Assembly (NCBI GenBank): GCA_038496445.1
Contig: JALMLS010000213.1
Span: 248,001 to 312,000, forward strand
Length of the DNA: 64,000 bases
Reading direction: 5' to 3'
Source of the DNA: Trichosphaerium sp. ATCC 40318
Lineage: Eukaryota > Protista > Tubulinea
The notes under the pieces are model-generated. The model was not told the DNA's origin and made no database searches. It was given only the letters and a program-made list of their open reading frames with translations. Positions 1-12,892 of this stretch are shown in pieces (the stretch's first letter is position 1; every line of letters begins with the position of its first letter). The position numbers were made by a program, and so were the translations under genes.

Positions 1-3000
1 GTTGTACCAAAGGCAGAAATATCAGCAAGCGTAACTACAACTGATAAAAATATTACTCCACCATGGATGCAAAAGACACCAAGCGTAGAAGCTGAAGTGG
101 TATGGCTTTTTTTTTTTAACAGTTTTCTTTAGTTTATGCTAAATCTTTTTTTTATAGAGTGTCTCAACACCTGCTCCAAAAGTTCAAGCTAAAGCAAAAG
201 TAAACGTACCTCCATGGATGCAAAATAAACAGGCTAAAACACCAGATCCAGTACAAGAGCCAGCAAAACCTCAGCCTCAAGTACAAGCGAAGGTCAATGT
301 TCCTCCATGGATGCAGAATAAGCAAGCTGCGGTCAAAGCACCAGAGCCTAGACCGGAACCACCAGCTCCTGTAGCTAACCCACCTTGGTCTCAACCAGCA
401 AAGCCTAAACCTGAACCTACACCAACGCCAACACCTGTTGTTACCTCTCCACCTTGGGCACAAAATAAGGCAACAACACCAACACCAGTAGCAGTATCGC
501 CACCAAAGGTTGAAGCTAATGTATCTGTTGGCGCTACTACATCACCTCCATGGGCAAGCAACGAAGCAATAGAGCCTGCTACACCAAAGCCGGTTGCTAC
601 AGCTCCATGGATGTCCAACAGCGCAAAAGCTACCATACCTGAACCTGTTGTACCTACACCAAAGCCAGTGGCATCTACTCCACCTTGGATGACGCAGACG
701 AAACAAGAGCCAGATATACCTGCCCCTGCTTGGTCACAGCCTGCTGCTGAGGTAAGACCTACAGCGCCAGCAAGACCTACGGCACCAGTTGAACGACCCA
801 CGGCACCAGTTGAACGCCCTACGGCACCAGTTGAACGACCTACGGCACCCGTTGGACGTCCTGCAGCACCAGCTGTAGCTCCCTCAAATCCGCCATGGGC
901 TAAGCCTGCCATTCCAAAGCCAATTGAGCCTACTCCAGTACCTGCTCCTGTTGCTGCAGCTAGCTCTCCACCATGGGCTAGCAAAGCTAATATAGCTACG
1001 CCTGCTGCTTCTGCTCCTTGGCAGAATACTAGAGCAGAAGTTGCAGTTGCGCCTGTGGTTACTCCTGCACCTGTGGCTGTATCTACACCTGAACCTGCGC
1101 CTGAAGATCCAAACACTGGAGCTGAATTTGGCGATGATCAATTGGATGAGTTAGCTGCCATGATGGGTGGCGGTGGGTTTGATATGGACATGGACCTTGA
1201 TTTGGACATGGACTTTTCAACTGACAATTTTGGCGATACAAACACTGAAGCTAATGTTGGTGTAAGAGTTTTAACTTCAGGTTTTTTAAATAAGTAGCTA
1301 ATAGTCGATACTAGGGTGACGACCTTGACCTTGAAGGTTTGGATAATATTGACTTGGGTGATCTCGAAGATTTCGATGTCACTGACTTTGAGGATGCATT
1401 AGACAGTTTTGTACGATTAACAAATATTTTACCATCAAATCACTTACATTTGTCTTTCTATCTAGATTGATACATCACAACCAGAGGCAGTAGCACCTAC
1501 TGCCTCAGTTTCTGTAGCAGCAACTGTTCCAGAACCAGTCCAAATACCAACACCTGTGCCTGCTGCAAGACCCGTTATGCGCCAACCACCTAAATTTGGA
1601 GTGCGTCCAAAACAACCATCACCACCAAAGTTTGGTGTACCTAAGGTTGCTGCAAGGCCAAAGTTTACACCAAAACAGCCATCACCGCCAAAGTTTGGTG
1701 TTCCTAAGGTAGCTGCGAGGCCAAAGTTTACACCAAAGCAGCCAACGCCTCCAAAATTTGGATATGGTATGCGTACACCATCATCACAGGAGAGAGCACC
1801 ACCGCCTCAAGATGCTGCACCAATACTAGCTGCTCGTGCGCCACCTCCTCAAGAATTAGCACCAGCACTCCCTTCTAGAAATACACCTCCGAAGTTTGGT
1901 GTGCATAAAGCCATGCCTCCAAAGTTTGGCGTTCCAAAGGCTATGCCACCTAAGTTTGGTGTACCAAAGGCTATGCCACCTAAGTTTGGCGTACCTAAAG
2001 TTGCTCCTCCAAAGTACGGTCAACAAGCTCCAGTACGCTCTTTCTCTGGTACGTTAATTTTGTTTTGTTTTCCTTTTGGTTTGTTTTGTTTATTTTTATT
2101 AAGGTGACGTATCTGCTCCTTTACCTATGTCCTTACAGGCTTCAGCTGGAGCATATAGGCATGCACCACCTTCTGGTATTGCGCCAGTTGTACCAGGCAC
2201 CCAATTAGAGAATCAATCACCTAGAGAACGCCGTAGGACTCTAAGTATAGTACGTACTTTTTTAATGTATACCTGTTTACGTGTTGTTTGATTTACTTGC
2301 TAAACAATTCTTTTAGTCTGGAGAGAATATTGATAATATCCCTGCTATATCTTCTCAAACTTCGTTTGATGTTGATACAAAGTTGTATCCTAACATCAGT
2401 ACAGTAACTCATCCTCCAAGCGTACCTTATACGCCTTATGGCGGAGATGGTTCTGGTATGTTTATTGCTTTTCTTCTCTTCGTCTAACACGTCTTTTCAG
2501 CGCCTATACCAGTTGGTGTACCACAACAACCTGTTGCAGCTTATAGTGAGCTTGAAGATATAGAAGAAAGCTCTGCTTCTGTTGTAACTAATATAGTAGC
2601 TCCTGGAACTCCACCACCACCTGTGTCAATGAGTCTTGAAGCTGCAAGGAAGCAATATGATGCAAAGAAGAAAAAGAAACGAGGGTCTGAAAAGAAGAAT
2701 AAGTTCTCTTTGTTTGGTTCAAGGAAGAAGGCAAATAGAAAGAGTGAGAAGAGGTCTAAGAAACTAAGAAAGAGCGAAAAGCGTAATAGGAAGCTAAGGT
2801 CTAAGGAGTCTTCGTCTAGTCTTAACCTCAGCGGTAGTGGAGAGATAGCGGCTACGCCTCCACCTCCACTTGAAGTTGACATGAAGAATGTTAATGAACA
2901 ACAAGTAGTGGCAGCACTTGATCCTTTTGTTGGTACGTGTTATGAACCGCTTTGAGCTTTTGTTACAAGGTACAAGGTCTGACTGGTTTCTTTTTAGATC

Positions 3001-4322
3001 CTACTGGTGCTTACAAATACGAACAAAATGGAAGCGGTGCAGCAAGACCTCAATTTGGCATTCAAGCTGAAGAACTTAAAGCTGGTGTACGTGACATGGT
3101 TTTGTTTGCTTTTTTTATTTTCTGTTTTGTGATGTGTATTGTTGTTAACTTCTTTATGAATTAGTACCGTAACCTTAACGCTCAAAGCGAAGCTGGTAAA
3201 TTGGCCAAGTCACCACAACATCACAAGGTACGTGTTGTTCATGACATCCAAGAAGTTGTGTTTTTTGGATTGAATGTTTTTTACCTCTGCTGTGCTTTGA
3301 CTAATGTATTTTTTTTAAGATCCTTATTGCGTTTATCAACTCCAAGATCTCGAAAACTACTGGTAGAACAATTACGAATCTAACGTCTGATTTACAAGAC
3401 GGTATTGTATTGATTGTGTTGTTACAAGAAGTCACAGGTCAGAAAGTAGCAAAATATGCTACAGACCCACAGACTGTAACACAGAAACTTGAGAATATAG
3501 AGATTGCAATTAAATTTGCAGTTGTAACAGGTGTACCTGCTAAAGCAGAGCCTCAAGGTGAGTCACCAACAAAACGTTTATTCCGAATATTTTTTTCATA
3601 TTTTTCTTTTTTTGTTTTTTGTTTTTTGATGATTCTTTGTTCCTTTGGTTGGTTGTTGACTTTTTTTCTCTTTTTTAGATATATACAATTGTAAACTTAA
3701 TGTTACGATGGGATTCTTGTTCCTTGTTATACAAAGGTTTAAGGATACTAAGAATAACAAGAAAGTTAAAGCTTACCGTAAGAAACACAAAGTACTTAAT
3801 ATTGAAGCAACTGGACGTTACTCCATGCTACTCAATAAGGAGCAAGTACCTGAGTCTTTACCAACACAACCGGCAGTACCTCAACACTTGCCTCCTCCAG
3901 GAGTACCACAACACTCACCTCCTCCAGGAGTACCACAACACCAACCTGCTACTCCACAACGTTATGTTCCTCAAAACCACCAACCAAGTTTGCCAACTCG
4001 AAGTCCTTCTGGACAGTATGGCACTCCTCCAGGGTATTCTAATGCGCCTAGCGCTTTCCCTGTACGTCCTATTGGTGCAGTATCTGCACCTACACCTGTT
4101 GTTTCAGCACCTGGATCAGCTGCTGACTACAACTCGACTGAAATTGATTTGGCTGGTATTGATATGACTGAGATCGATTTGACCGGTCTTGATGATATTG
4201 AAACTGGATTAGCTGAATTGGGTGACTTGGATAATATGGAGGATTTATTAGCTGGTATGGATATGGATGATCTTGATTTGAATCTAGATGATATAGATAT
4301 CGAGATGGACTTTGGCTTTTAG
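1..4322 (+). CDS. Large multi-exon Pro-rich scaffold protein with a calponin-homology (CH) domain; 5' end lies outside the window
   Basis: ORFs 218-1297, 1556-2107, 2623-2955, 3410-3694 and 3708-4322 can be joined by GT-AG introns. The spliced segment FINSKISKTTGRTITNLTSDLQDGIVLIVLLQEVTGQKV...QKLENIEIAIKFA...MGFLFLVIQRF is a CH domain. It also has PPW and PPKFG repeats and acidic DLDLD tracts. Confidence 0.8.
760..870 (+). repeat. Coding 21-bp tandem repeat (APVERPT)
   Basis: gcaccagttgaacgacc(c/t)acg-like unit repeated about 4-5 times. Confidence 0.85.
1580..2020 (+). repeat. Coding tandem repeats (PKQPSPPKFGVPKVAARPKFT and PKAMPPKFGV units)
   Basis: Directly visible in ORF 1556-2107. Confidence 0.85.
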
Positions 4323-4896
4323 AAGAAGAAAAAAGTGGAAGAGCCAAAAAAAAAAAAGAAAGAAAAAAAGAGAAAAAAGATGTGTCGTCTTCAAGATGAT
4401 GTATTTTTTCCTTTTTGTACATTTTGTAAACAAATGAAAAAAAAACCAACGTTTAATTAATAATAATAAATAATGAACGGGTTGTTGAACCAAAAGAAAT
4501 GTCTTTTTTTCTGTATTTCTTTCAAGTCAGCATTTTTTATTCAATGAAAAGCGAGATGATTGGATTCGGTCTGACAGCTATGTTCATTTTAGTATGAACT
4601 TGTTGCTGAGTATTTTATCAACGCTACTTTGTGGTTGAGCTCGATGATATCTTAACTGTAAATCAAGAGGAACATTTGAAGTCCCAGAATCATTTTTATT
4701 ATTCACACGAAAACACCAAATTCTGAAATCATTTCAACAAAAATTATACCGCGTAATTCGCACCATTACGTTTTATACATGGCTTCCCCTCACCCATCAA
4801 CACGTGTTACCAGGTCAACTTGTGTTTTTTAAATCTCGCTAATGTTGCATACAACTCTAAGTCAAACACCGCAATATGGAGCTTAAGGCAAAACTT

Positions 4897-6398
4897 TTAA
4901 TAAAACTTTGGGGGTCGTGTTGGATCATATGGTGTGAGATAGATTTGTAGACAATCAATAAATATAGATTCTTTAACTGTTGGAATTGATAGTGTGATAA
5001 TATACGCAGTTTCGTTCAGTATCTCATCTTCAATAACAGTCTACAATAAATCATTAGTATTTGATTGAGTTAAACACAACATACTGCTACTTCCACGAAG
5101 GCACATAAAATGTTACCAAGCTCTATCTGCATATGTACATCGTTGGCAATAGAAGCAACAGAACATCTAATGTTTGGACTACTCAAAGGTTAGTTCAAAC
5201 ACCTTTCTTTGTGAAGAGACATACCTAACAGCCAGAAAAAAATCAACTGATGCCTTAAGTATTGACTTAGTTTCGACATATGCTACCCGAAATTTCAATG
5301 ATCCTGTTGATGCATGCTTAATATATGCTTTTCTTAAACCCTTCATATGCTGTACTAAGTGTTTCCATCTGCTACGTCGAGCTCTAGCCCATATCTCTTC
5401 AGCTAAATACTGAATTACACTTCAAAAGTTTATTGTATTACATGCTTTTAACAGCAATACAAATCATACTTCTAGCAATTAATACGTACTCAAGTTTGCA
5501 TATTCCCATTTTATTCCTGAAATTGCATCAACTGATCTTGTCTTTACAACTTCAGGATCAACTTTATCATCCATCCAAAACACTCTCACAAAATCTGAAC
5601 CCTTGTCGTTTGCTATATATTTATAATGCTTGCGAAACAGAAGTTAGGGCCTATTTACCATGTGTTTACATAGTACCAAGTTACATTGCTCAAAGTATCT
5701 TGCAAAAGCTGTTCTACCAAACTCTGTCTTTAAGTATTCTTGATCCTTCTCTACGGTACAAACGCTCATGCAAATTTCACCGCCATCAGCCTATGCCAAG
5801 CATTTAGTTGTGTGGAGTATTATGTTAACATACTTGCTGTTTTAGTGCACCTTGAAGGTACTCCCAAAGATTTCGTATTTGTTTAAGAATGTTTGCAGAA
5901 GTTAGAAAGTCCAACTTAGTTGCTAAATGAGTGTTAGGTATAGATATGAATATGAGCTTGTCACGTGCCAAACGGCATATTTATATCTTCCCAAACAATA
6001 GGTACGCCATAGTATTCTGCTGCAAACCACAAACCAGCAGCATCTTCAATACTTGTCATTTCTTCTTTTCTCATCAAACGCATGATGTTTGGGAGATACT
6101 TTGAGTGACTGGTTGTCGTAAGTTACAAGCTTCAATACTGTTAGACGTGCCTACATTCCTCCAAAACCGTTGTTTTTGATGAATTATCTTGTAATGATTC
6201 AAAATGCACTTTAGAGGTAAACAGAGACGATGGATACGCGTTAAGCAAATCCTCAGCTAAGGCAAAGCTGAAATCACCACATTTAAAGTGAATTGGCGTT
6301 TCTTTTGATATTTTGGCGGTTTCTTCGTCTGTGATAGGTAACACTGTAGTTTCTGTCGATGTATTCAACTTCCTCTTCTTTTTTGGTGGTTCAGACAT
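4897..6398 (-). CDS. BTB/POZ-domain protein with N-terminal NLS (multi-exon)
   Basis: MSEPPKKKRK NLS; IHFKCGDFSFALAEDLLNAYPSSLF...SKYLPNIMRLMR...LWFAAEYYGV resembles a KCTD/T1-type BTB domain. Downstream exons run to a TAA at about 4897. Confidence 0.65.
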
Positions 6399-6544
6399 CT
6401 TTTACCACAGTCGTACTTTGAACACGAAAGTATTGTTGTTGTATTGCACTTAATAAACTGATATTGTGATTGATTTGCTTAAGTCTTCTTTGCAGGGTAG
6501 ACTTAGATGCAACTCAGAAACGCAGCTTTAATCATCTATTTATT

Positions 6545-9500
6545 TTATACTACATACAACTTTCTCATTACCATTTTTACCATTGGTGTAAGTCTTGTCT
6601 TGTTGTACATATCGCCTGTTCTCTTTATAGCTTCTGAACGTGTAGGGTATGGATGTATAGTATTCGCAAGGCTGAAGTTAAAAAAAAAAATTAGTGGTGA
6701 AAAAGAATAAAGGTTTTTTGTTTTCAATTCAACTTGACGTACACTCCAAGGCCTATTTTTCCATTCATCATGACTGAATACTCACTAATCATATCACCTG
6801 CATTAGAACTTACAATGGTTGCACCTAGTATCTAGACGAATGTGAGAAACAAATAAGAAAGGTCAAAAGGCTCCAGGTGAACAAAAATAAAATGTTCAGG
6901 TTCGTTTTTTTCTATACCTTGTCTGTTCCCTTTGCTGTCAATACTTCTACAAAACCTACATCACTTTCTAGAACTGCTCGATGTATATCCTTCATATCTA
7001 CAAGGTACTTATCTGTCTTGATACCTACACAAAGAATTAAAAAAACAAAGCTGAAAAACCCAACTCAATTAGTTTCTCTTGTTTTGGAGAGCAAAGTTGA
7101 GTTTCAATGTCAGTTATTTTTGTGTAGAAGTGTAACAAGATTTGATTTCATTATAATTTTTAGGCCCTTTGCGGCATGTTCACAGGAATAAATAATAAAA
7201 TTCAAAAAGAAGAGGGACGACTGGGACTTGAACCCAGATTAACACGTCCCAAACGTGTGGTGCTGCCAGTTACACTATCATCCCTTGATGTGGTAGATAG
7301 ACGTACTGGGGTATATAGCACCGAAAAAGAGGATGACTTGATGATCAAGGCGCAGAAAAACAAAAACAAGAAACATATCAACATCAACATAAAAAAATTA
7401 TTCTTCAAAATACTTGCCTTTCTCTTCAGCTTCTTTTTGGTATAGGCCAACATGAGCAACCTTAATAAATATTACTTTACCTGGAATAGGTTATTTATAT
7501 GTTGTGACATACTTCAGGTTGAGTGTAAGTACACCAAGGTATAATAAGATCAGATAATTTTGATTTTCCTCCGAAAAGAGCATTTCTTATAACAATTCTT
7601 GCACCTGCATCTGCTGTATGCGTAAACTTGTATAACTGACATACATCACCACATGAATATACCAACGGATTAGATGTTTGCATTTGATCATTTCTAATAG
7701 AACTAATCAATAAAACTCCAAAAGTAAGCACAAAAACAGAAATTGGGAGATTTTCACTGAATTTCGAGAGTGTTAACAGATTTACGGAATTTTGTGGTTA
7801 ACAACGTCTTTGGTGTTAAAATGCCTGTAGGTTCATTCTAAAGGTATCAACTTAAAAAAAAAGTAGTGTTCCCTGTGAGAATTGAACTCACAACCTTCTG
7901 CTCATAAGACAGACGCTCTAACCGATTGAGCTAAGGGAACTTCCTGTTATCTTATACAATAGCATCACAGAAGCGGCCAAAAAGCATACGAACGATAAAA
8001 GTAACCAAGAGACCTTAGATTTCGACGACAAAAATCTTGATGGTTCGAAAAAAAATTTACAAAGAGACACGCACACTGTAACACCCTTGCGTTTGTCATA
8101 TTTAACATCAGCCTTTTCTAATTCCATATCCTACGTTTCTTTAGTATTTTGCGTTATAAGCACTATGTTTTTTAAAGGGTACTTGGACATTTGGTGCGCG
8201 TCCAGTAGCAACAAGTATCTCATCAACATCTATTGTACTTCCATTTTCTCCGTCCTTCCAAAAGATTGTCTAGGCACAATTAGTAAAGAAGTAACAGAAA
8301 CAGTATGTTTAATGGATATTAAAGTAAAAATAACAATGAGTTCCTCAATATTGCTTCTACTGCATGAGATTTGTACTTCCTTGTTCAAACTCGTTTTTTT
8401 CTTGCTTTTTTTTTTTGGTTTTTGTTTTCACGTACCTTTATACCAAAATTTTCTACAATATTGTCTATAATAACTCCAGTTACAATACGCACACCATCAG
8501 CGATTAACGATCTTAAAAAAAAAATTAGTATCGAGCTTGTAGTGCAAATTTATTTTTTTTGTAAATCACCTGTGAACAATTTTTGCAGCAGATTCATGTT
8601 CTCGTATCATTATTCTATTCATCACCTCAAAAATAATGACCTACACGTTTATAAGCTTATACCCTGGTTAAACCATTACTTCAAAGATTCATACCCGGCT
8701 ACCGAAGCGACTCTAGAAGAAACATTTAGTGACTGAAAAGGAAAAACTAGCCAACGTACAAACGCTTGTGCTAGTTCACAACCAATGGGTCCACCACCGA
8801 TTATCGCTAATCTTTTTGGTAGTTTTGTAAGATTGAATATCGTCTCGTTTGTCAAGTATAGTGTTTTATCAAGACCAACAATAGGTGGTGCTGTAGGTCG
8901 TGCACCAGTAGCTACAACTGCCTAACACGTGTTAAGTTTTTGTCAAAAAAAAAAAGGAACGAAGCGAGAATAAAGTTCAGTAGATTGTCATCTTATTACC
9001 TTATGGAATTTAAGAGTCTTCCCGTTTACTACAACTGAGTTTTTACCTTTAAAAGACAGTTAGTACACGTGACAGAGTGTCTATTGTTTCTCCTTTGCGT
9101 ACTTGCAAATTTGGCTTTTCCAATAAACACGTCAACACCCAGTTCCCTAAACCTCTTTGCTGAGTCATCCCAAGATAGCTTAGACCGTAATCTACGCATT
9201 CTATAACAAGAATAAACATATTGAAATGAGATTATGGCACATTGCAGTAAAGGAAAAAATTAAAAAAAAGTCACGTGATTTTTTTTGACTTTGGGCTCAC
9301 AACTGAAAGGTTTGTATAGACTATGTATATTACCTCTCCATTACTTTACCAAAATCAACATTAACCTCTCCATCAACCTAATTCATTTTGTCAGAAGATG
9401 AATTCTTGATATTGTTTTAGATTTTTAGTCTTCGCATGGCGTACATAAATACCGTAATCACTTGCAGTTTTAATACTCTTTACAATACTCGCACATTTGA

Positions 9501-10595
9501 GAAGTGCCTTTGAAGGCACACAACCAACATTAAGGCAATCACCACCGAGCATATTCTTTTCAATAAGCGCAACACTAAATCCTAAAAGATAATAAAAAGT
9601 TATTTTTTTGGAATACGTTACTACAACATACCTAGACCTGCAGCACCAGCTGCGCTCACAAGGCCCGCTGCACCACCACCTATAACTACTAGACCATATT
9701 TATCAAGAGGTTCAGGGTCTTGCCAGTCATAAGGATGGACATTATCAAGTAACTATAGCAAAAAAAGCCACGGTTAATGAGATGACATTTCTGAAAAAAA
9801 AAAGTAACATACCTGTTGGTTAAACTCATCAAGTGGTGCTAATCCTAACTGCCCAAGCAATTCATTAGCAGCATCCATCTTATCTGTAGGAATATCAGCC
9901 CACTTTGTAGGCTGTTAAGAATAACAGTAAGTAAGTAGGTACAACAAACAACCAACCAAGAAAGACCAAAATAAATAAATATTCTGAAAAAGGCGATAAA
10001 ACGTTTATATTCCATTTTTCGTACCTCCACTGGTGGTATATACGCTGGATCGTCCTCTGTGAAGCGGTAGAATAGATTTTCATCAGAAAATGCGTGATCT
10101 ACGATGGTTTAGGACAGAAAAGTAATAAGAAAACTTTAAATGCGGAAAAATGGCATGAATTCGTTTTTTGTGCTGTCTTGTTCGTGCCTTTCATTACGTG
10201 ATGAAATATCTTGCGGTTAAGCATGTAATTACCTAGTGTAACAGCTTCTTTGCTATGTACGGGTTAATAAACCACCGTATGAGTTAATGGACTATCGGAA
10301 TACCGGTTCTTGGCGCAGTTTTTCGCTACCAGCCAATCTACGAGTTCTTTGCCAACAAAACATTTTGGGTATCGTTTAAAATACCTACGGTTACGCGTTA
10401 TGCGTTTAAATAATCAATTTAAACAATACCATGTGCGATCCTTTATTTCTAAACCACTAGTTGGGACTTTAAGCTGTTTTATTAATTTATCTAGCTGTAG
10501 TTATGTCAGAAGCAAAACAAAAAACAATGGATAATTACATCTGTTTCTGGGGGCTTATTTTCATTATTAGAAGTGGCGAAAGGATCTTGTTCCAT
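6545..10595 (-). CDS. DEP domain fused to a MerA-like/Lpd-like FAD-dependent pyridine nucleotide-disulfide oxidoreductase (many exons)
   Basis: DEP: [28 protein letters not shown]...[11 protein letters not shown]...[18 protein letters not shown]. Reductase: [47 protein letters not shown] redox disulfide, [49 protein letters not shown]. Confidence 0.88.
7213..7284 (-). tRNA. tRNA-Pro(TGG), intronic
   Basis: Reverse complement GGGATGATAGTGTAACTGGCAGCACCACACGTTTGGGACGTGTTAATCTGGGTTCAAGTCCCAGTCGTCCCT folds into a full cloverleaf with loop TT-TGG-GA. A T5 Pol III terminator follows. Confidence 0.88.
7867..7940 (-). tRNA. tRNA-Ile(TAT), intronless, located in an intron
   Basis: Reverse complement GTTCCCTTAGCTCAATCGGTTAGAGCGTCTGTCTTATGAGCAGAAGGTTGTGAGTTCAATTCTCACAGGGAACA forms a cloverleaf with loop CT-TAT-GA. 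A poly-T terminator lies downstream. Confidence 0.93.
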
Positions 10596-10840
10596 ATTGT
10601 GGTGCTTACACAACGAAACGTAACGGTTTTAATAAAAATAGTCAAGACAAGTAGTTTCTCCATTAGAACAGATCTTTGCAATAGTACAACTACTCTACCA
10701 TTAATACTTATCTATACAAGTACGTTGGTGATAGTTTTAATTTCGGTTGCACTTCTCCGTAGCTACAAGTGGTATCAATACATTATAAGCTTAGAGACGC
10801 GAGGATTAACCTATTTTTGCTACTGGAAATCGTTTTCAAA

Positions 10841-12555
10841 ATGATTCATTTCAACGTACTTAAAAATAGTTTAGTGAGTACAGCTGTTATTGATTTTGGG
10901 ACGGACGTTTGTAGAGTTGGGTTCGCTGGAGAAAATGCGCCATTAAAAAGCATAAAAACAGCCATAACACGTGTTAATCCCCGTAAAGGGGCAAAGCGAG
11001 GTTCCTAAACTATTTTATACAGAAAAACACAGTTTCAACAGAATGCGTCCCCGAAAAACGGCGAAATAATTTATTTTTTTGCGAGTTTTCTGCCCACTAC
11101 AGATTTTATTCGCCTCGTTCTTAAAACTCCTCTGCCAGCACTCTGCTTACTATAATATCACCAAAAATGAGTATTGGCAGTGTGTTCACCATTCTCAGCA
11201 ATTTTAATTCTCGTGAAAGTCCATAATCTTGAAGTGAATTTTTTTGAACACTTTTTTCTTGGTTTGTTTTTTTCTCGTTTTATTCTTATTGTCAAAAAGG
11301 AGAGTATATAGGCGACGAAGCGTACAGGAAAAGAGATATTGGCCAGTTTGTTCGGCCAAAACGTGGTTGTATTATAGATGACTGGGATGCCATGGAAAGC
11401 ATTTACAACCACGTATTTTATGATGTCTTACAAGTTGCTCCTGAAGACATGTGTGTGTTAGCCACAGAGGGTGTTAGAGAACCAAAACGTAATAGGTATG
11501 TATAACACTCCCAAAGTATATTTTTTTTGAATATAGTATGCGACCATGTTTACAAAAGGCGGCGCCTAACTTTTTGTTTGTTTCAGAGAAAAAACTTTCG
11601 AAATCATGTTTGAAAAATTTGATGCTGCTGGTCTTTGTGTTTCTTTGGCATCTATTCTCTCATTATATGCTGTTGGTAGAACAGTGGGTGTGGTTGTTGA
11701 TTCAGGAGATGGTATGACAAGCTTGTTTCCGGTCTGGGAAGGACATGCTATTAGACCTGCAATGAAAAGTTTTCGTATAGGTGGTAGGAATATAACTGAG
11801 TTGCTGACGAAAAAAATATGTGAGCAAGGTCATGGACTCATATCTCCAAATGATACTGCAATCGTAGATGATATAAAAAAAAAACTCGGTTATGTGGCAT
11901 TGGACTATGAAGGAGAAAGCAGCCAAATTGTAGAAAAAAGTTATACGCTACCAAACGGAAAATCAATCACACTTGGTCAGGAGAGGTATTCTGCATGTGA
12001 AGCTATGTTTAATACATCATTAATTGGTAAGGAAATACCAGGTATTCATGATCTTGTTTATGATACAATCATGGAGTGTCCTATAGATTGCCGAAGGGTA
12101 AGTAAACTTTTTCCTACATAAATTTTCGAAGGAACAACCACGTGCAAGCTTTCTCTATCCGCAACCTTATCAGTTCCATAGGATTTGTATGGCAATATTA
12201 TACTTTGCGGAGGTAATACACTTGCAGATGGGTTCGCAGAGCGCATATGTAGGGAGGTGGCCTTACAAGCTCCTCAAACTATGAGAGTAATGCCGGTAGC
12301 GGCACCAGAGCGTAAATTCTTACCTTGGATTGGTGGTTCAATTTTAGGATCACTCACTAACTTTCCAATGATGTACGTGCTTGTTTTTTTATCATTAAGG
12401 CATGTACCTAAAGATGACGGGTTGTACAAAGTGACTAAACATTATTTGTTTTAATCTTTTTGTAATCTAGCCATTTTTTAATACAATGTAGGGCATCAAG
12501 GCAAGTGTACCAGGAGGAAGGTACACGAATGTGCTTTAAGTACAGTTTTTACTAG
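10841..12555 (+). CDS. Divergent actin / actin-related protein (multi-exon)
   Basis: AVIDFGTDVCRVGFAGENAP, IYIGDEA, DWDAMESIYNHVFY, REKTFEIMFEKFD, GVVVDSGDG, IGGRNITE, LYGNIILCGGNT, APERKFLPWIGGSIL. Confidence 0.92.
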
Positions 12556-12892
12556 TATAACAGTATTACACAACATTGTAAGCTATTTGGTGCCACGGAA
12601 AGAGACTGTTTGTCTTGGTGGTAACGACCAAAAAAAAAGTCAACCTGAATAAAAGATGTACAAGACTTAGTTTCGTTGTTGTTTGGCGACAAGGGGCACA
12701 GGCAAATAACTTCAACAAAACTATGGGTCTTATATTAAGTCTACGTAATCAACACTAGAACAAAATACCAGCAGGTAAGAAGATTAGCCTTTAGGAAAGT
12801 GATGTAAACCTTAAGGTTTTTCGTAAATATTATTTTTTTTATTGTTGTCAAGGTATAGAAATGCGTAGTTGTCCATTTTCATACAAGAAAGT

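Noticed and set aside
391-1116. 241-aa Gly/Ala-rich minus-strand ORF
   Set aside because: Antisense shadow of the Pro-rich coding exon. The same applies to 16099-16428 and the ORFs opposite the MORN genes.
6545-9760. Calling the reductase a true mercuric reductase (merA) or mitochondrial DLD
   Set aside because: There is no C-terminal CC pair, NmerA domain or presequence, so only a family-level call is supported.
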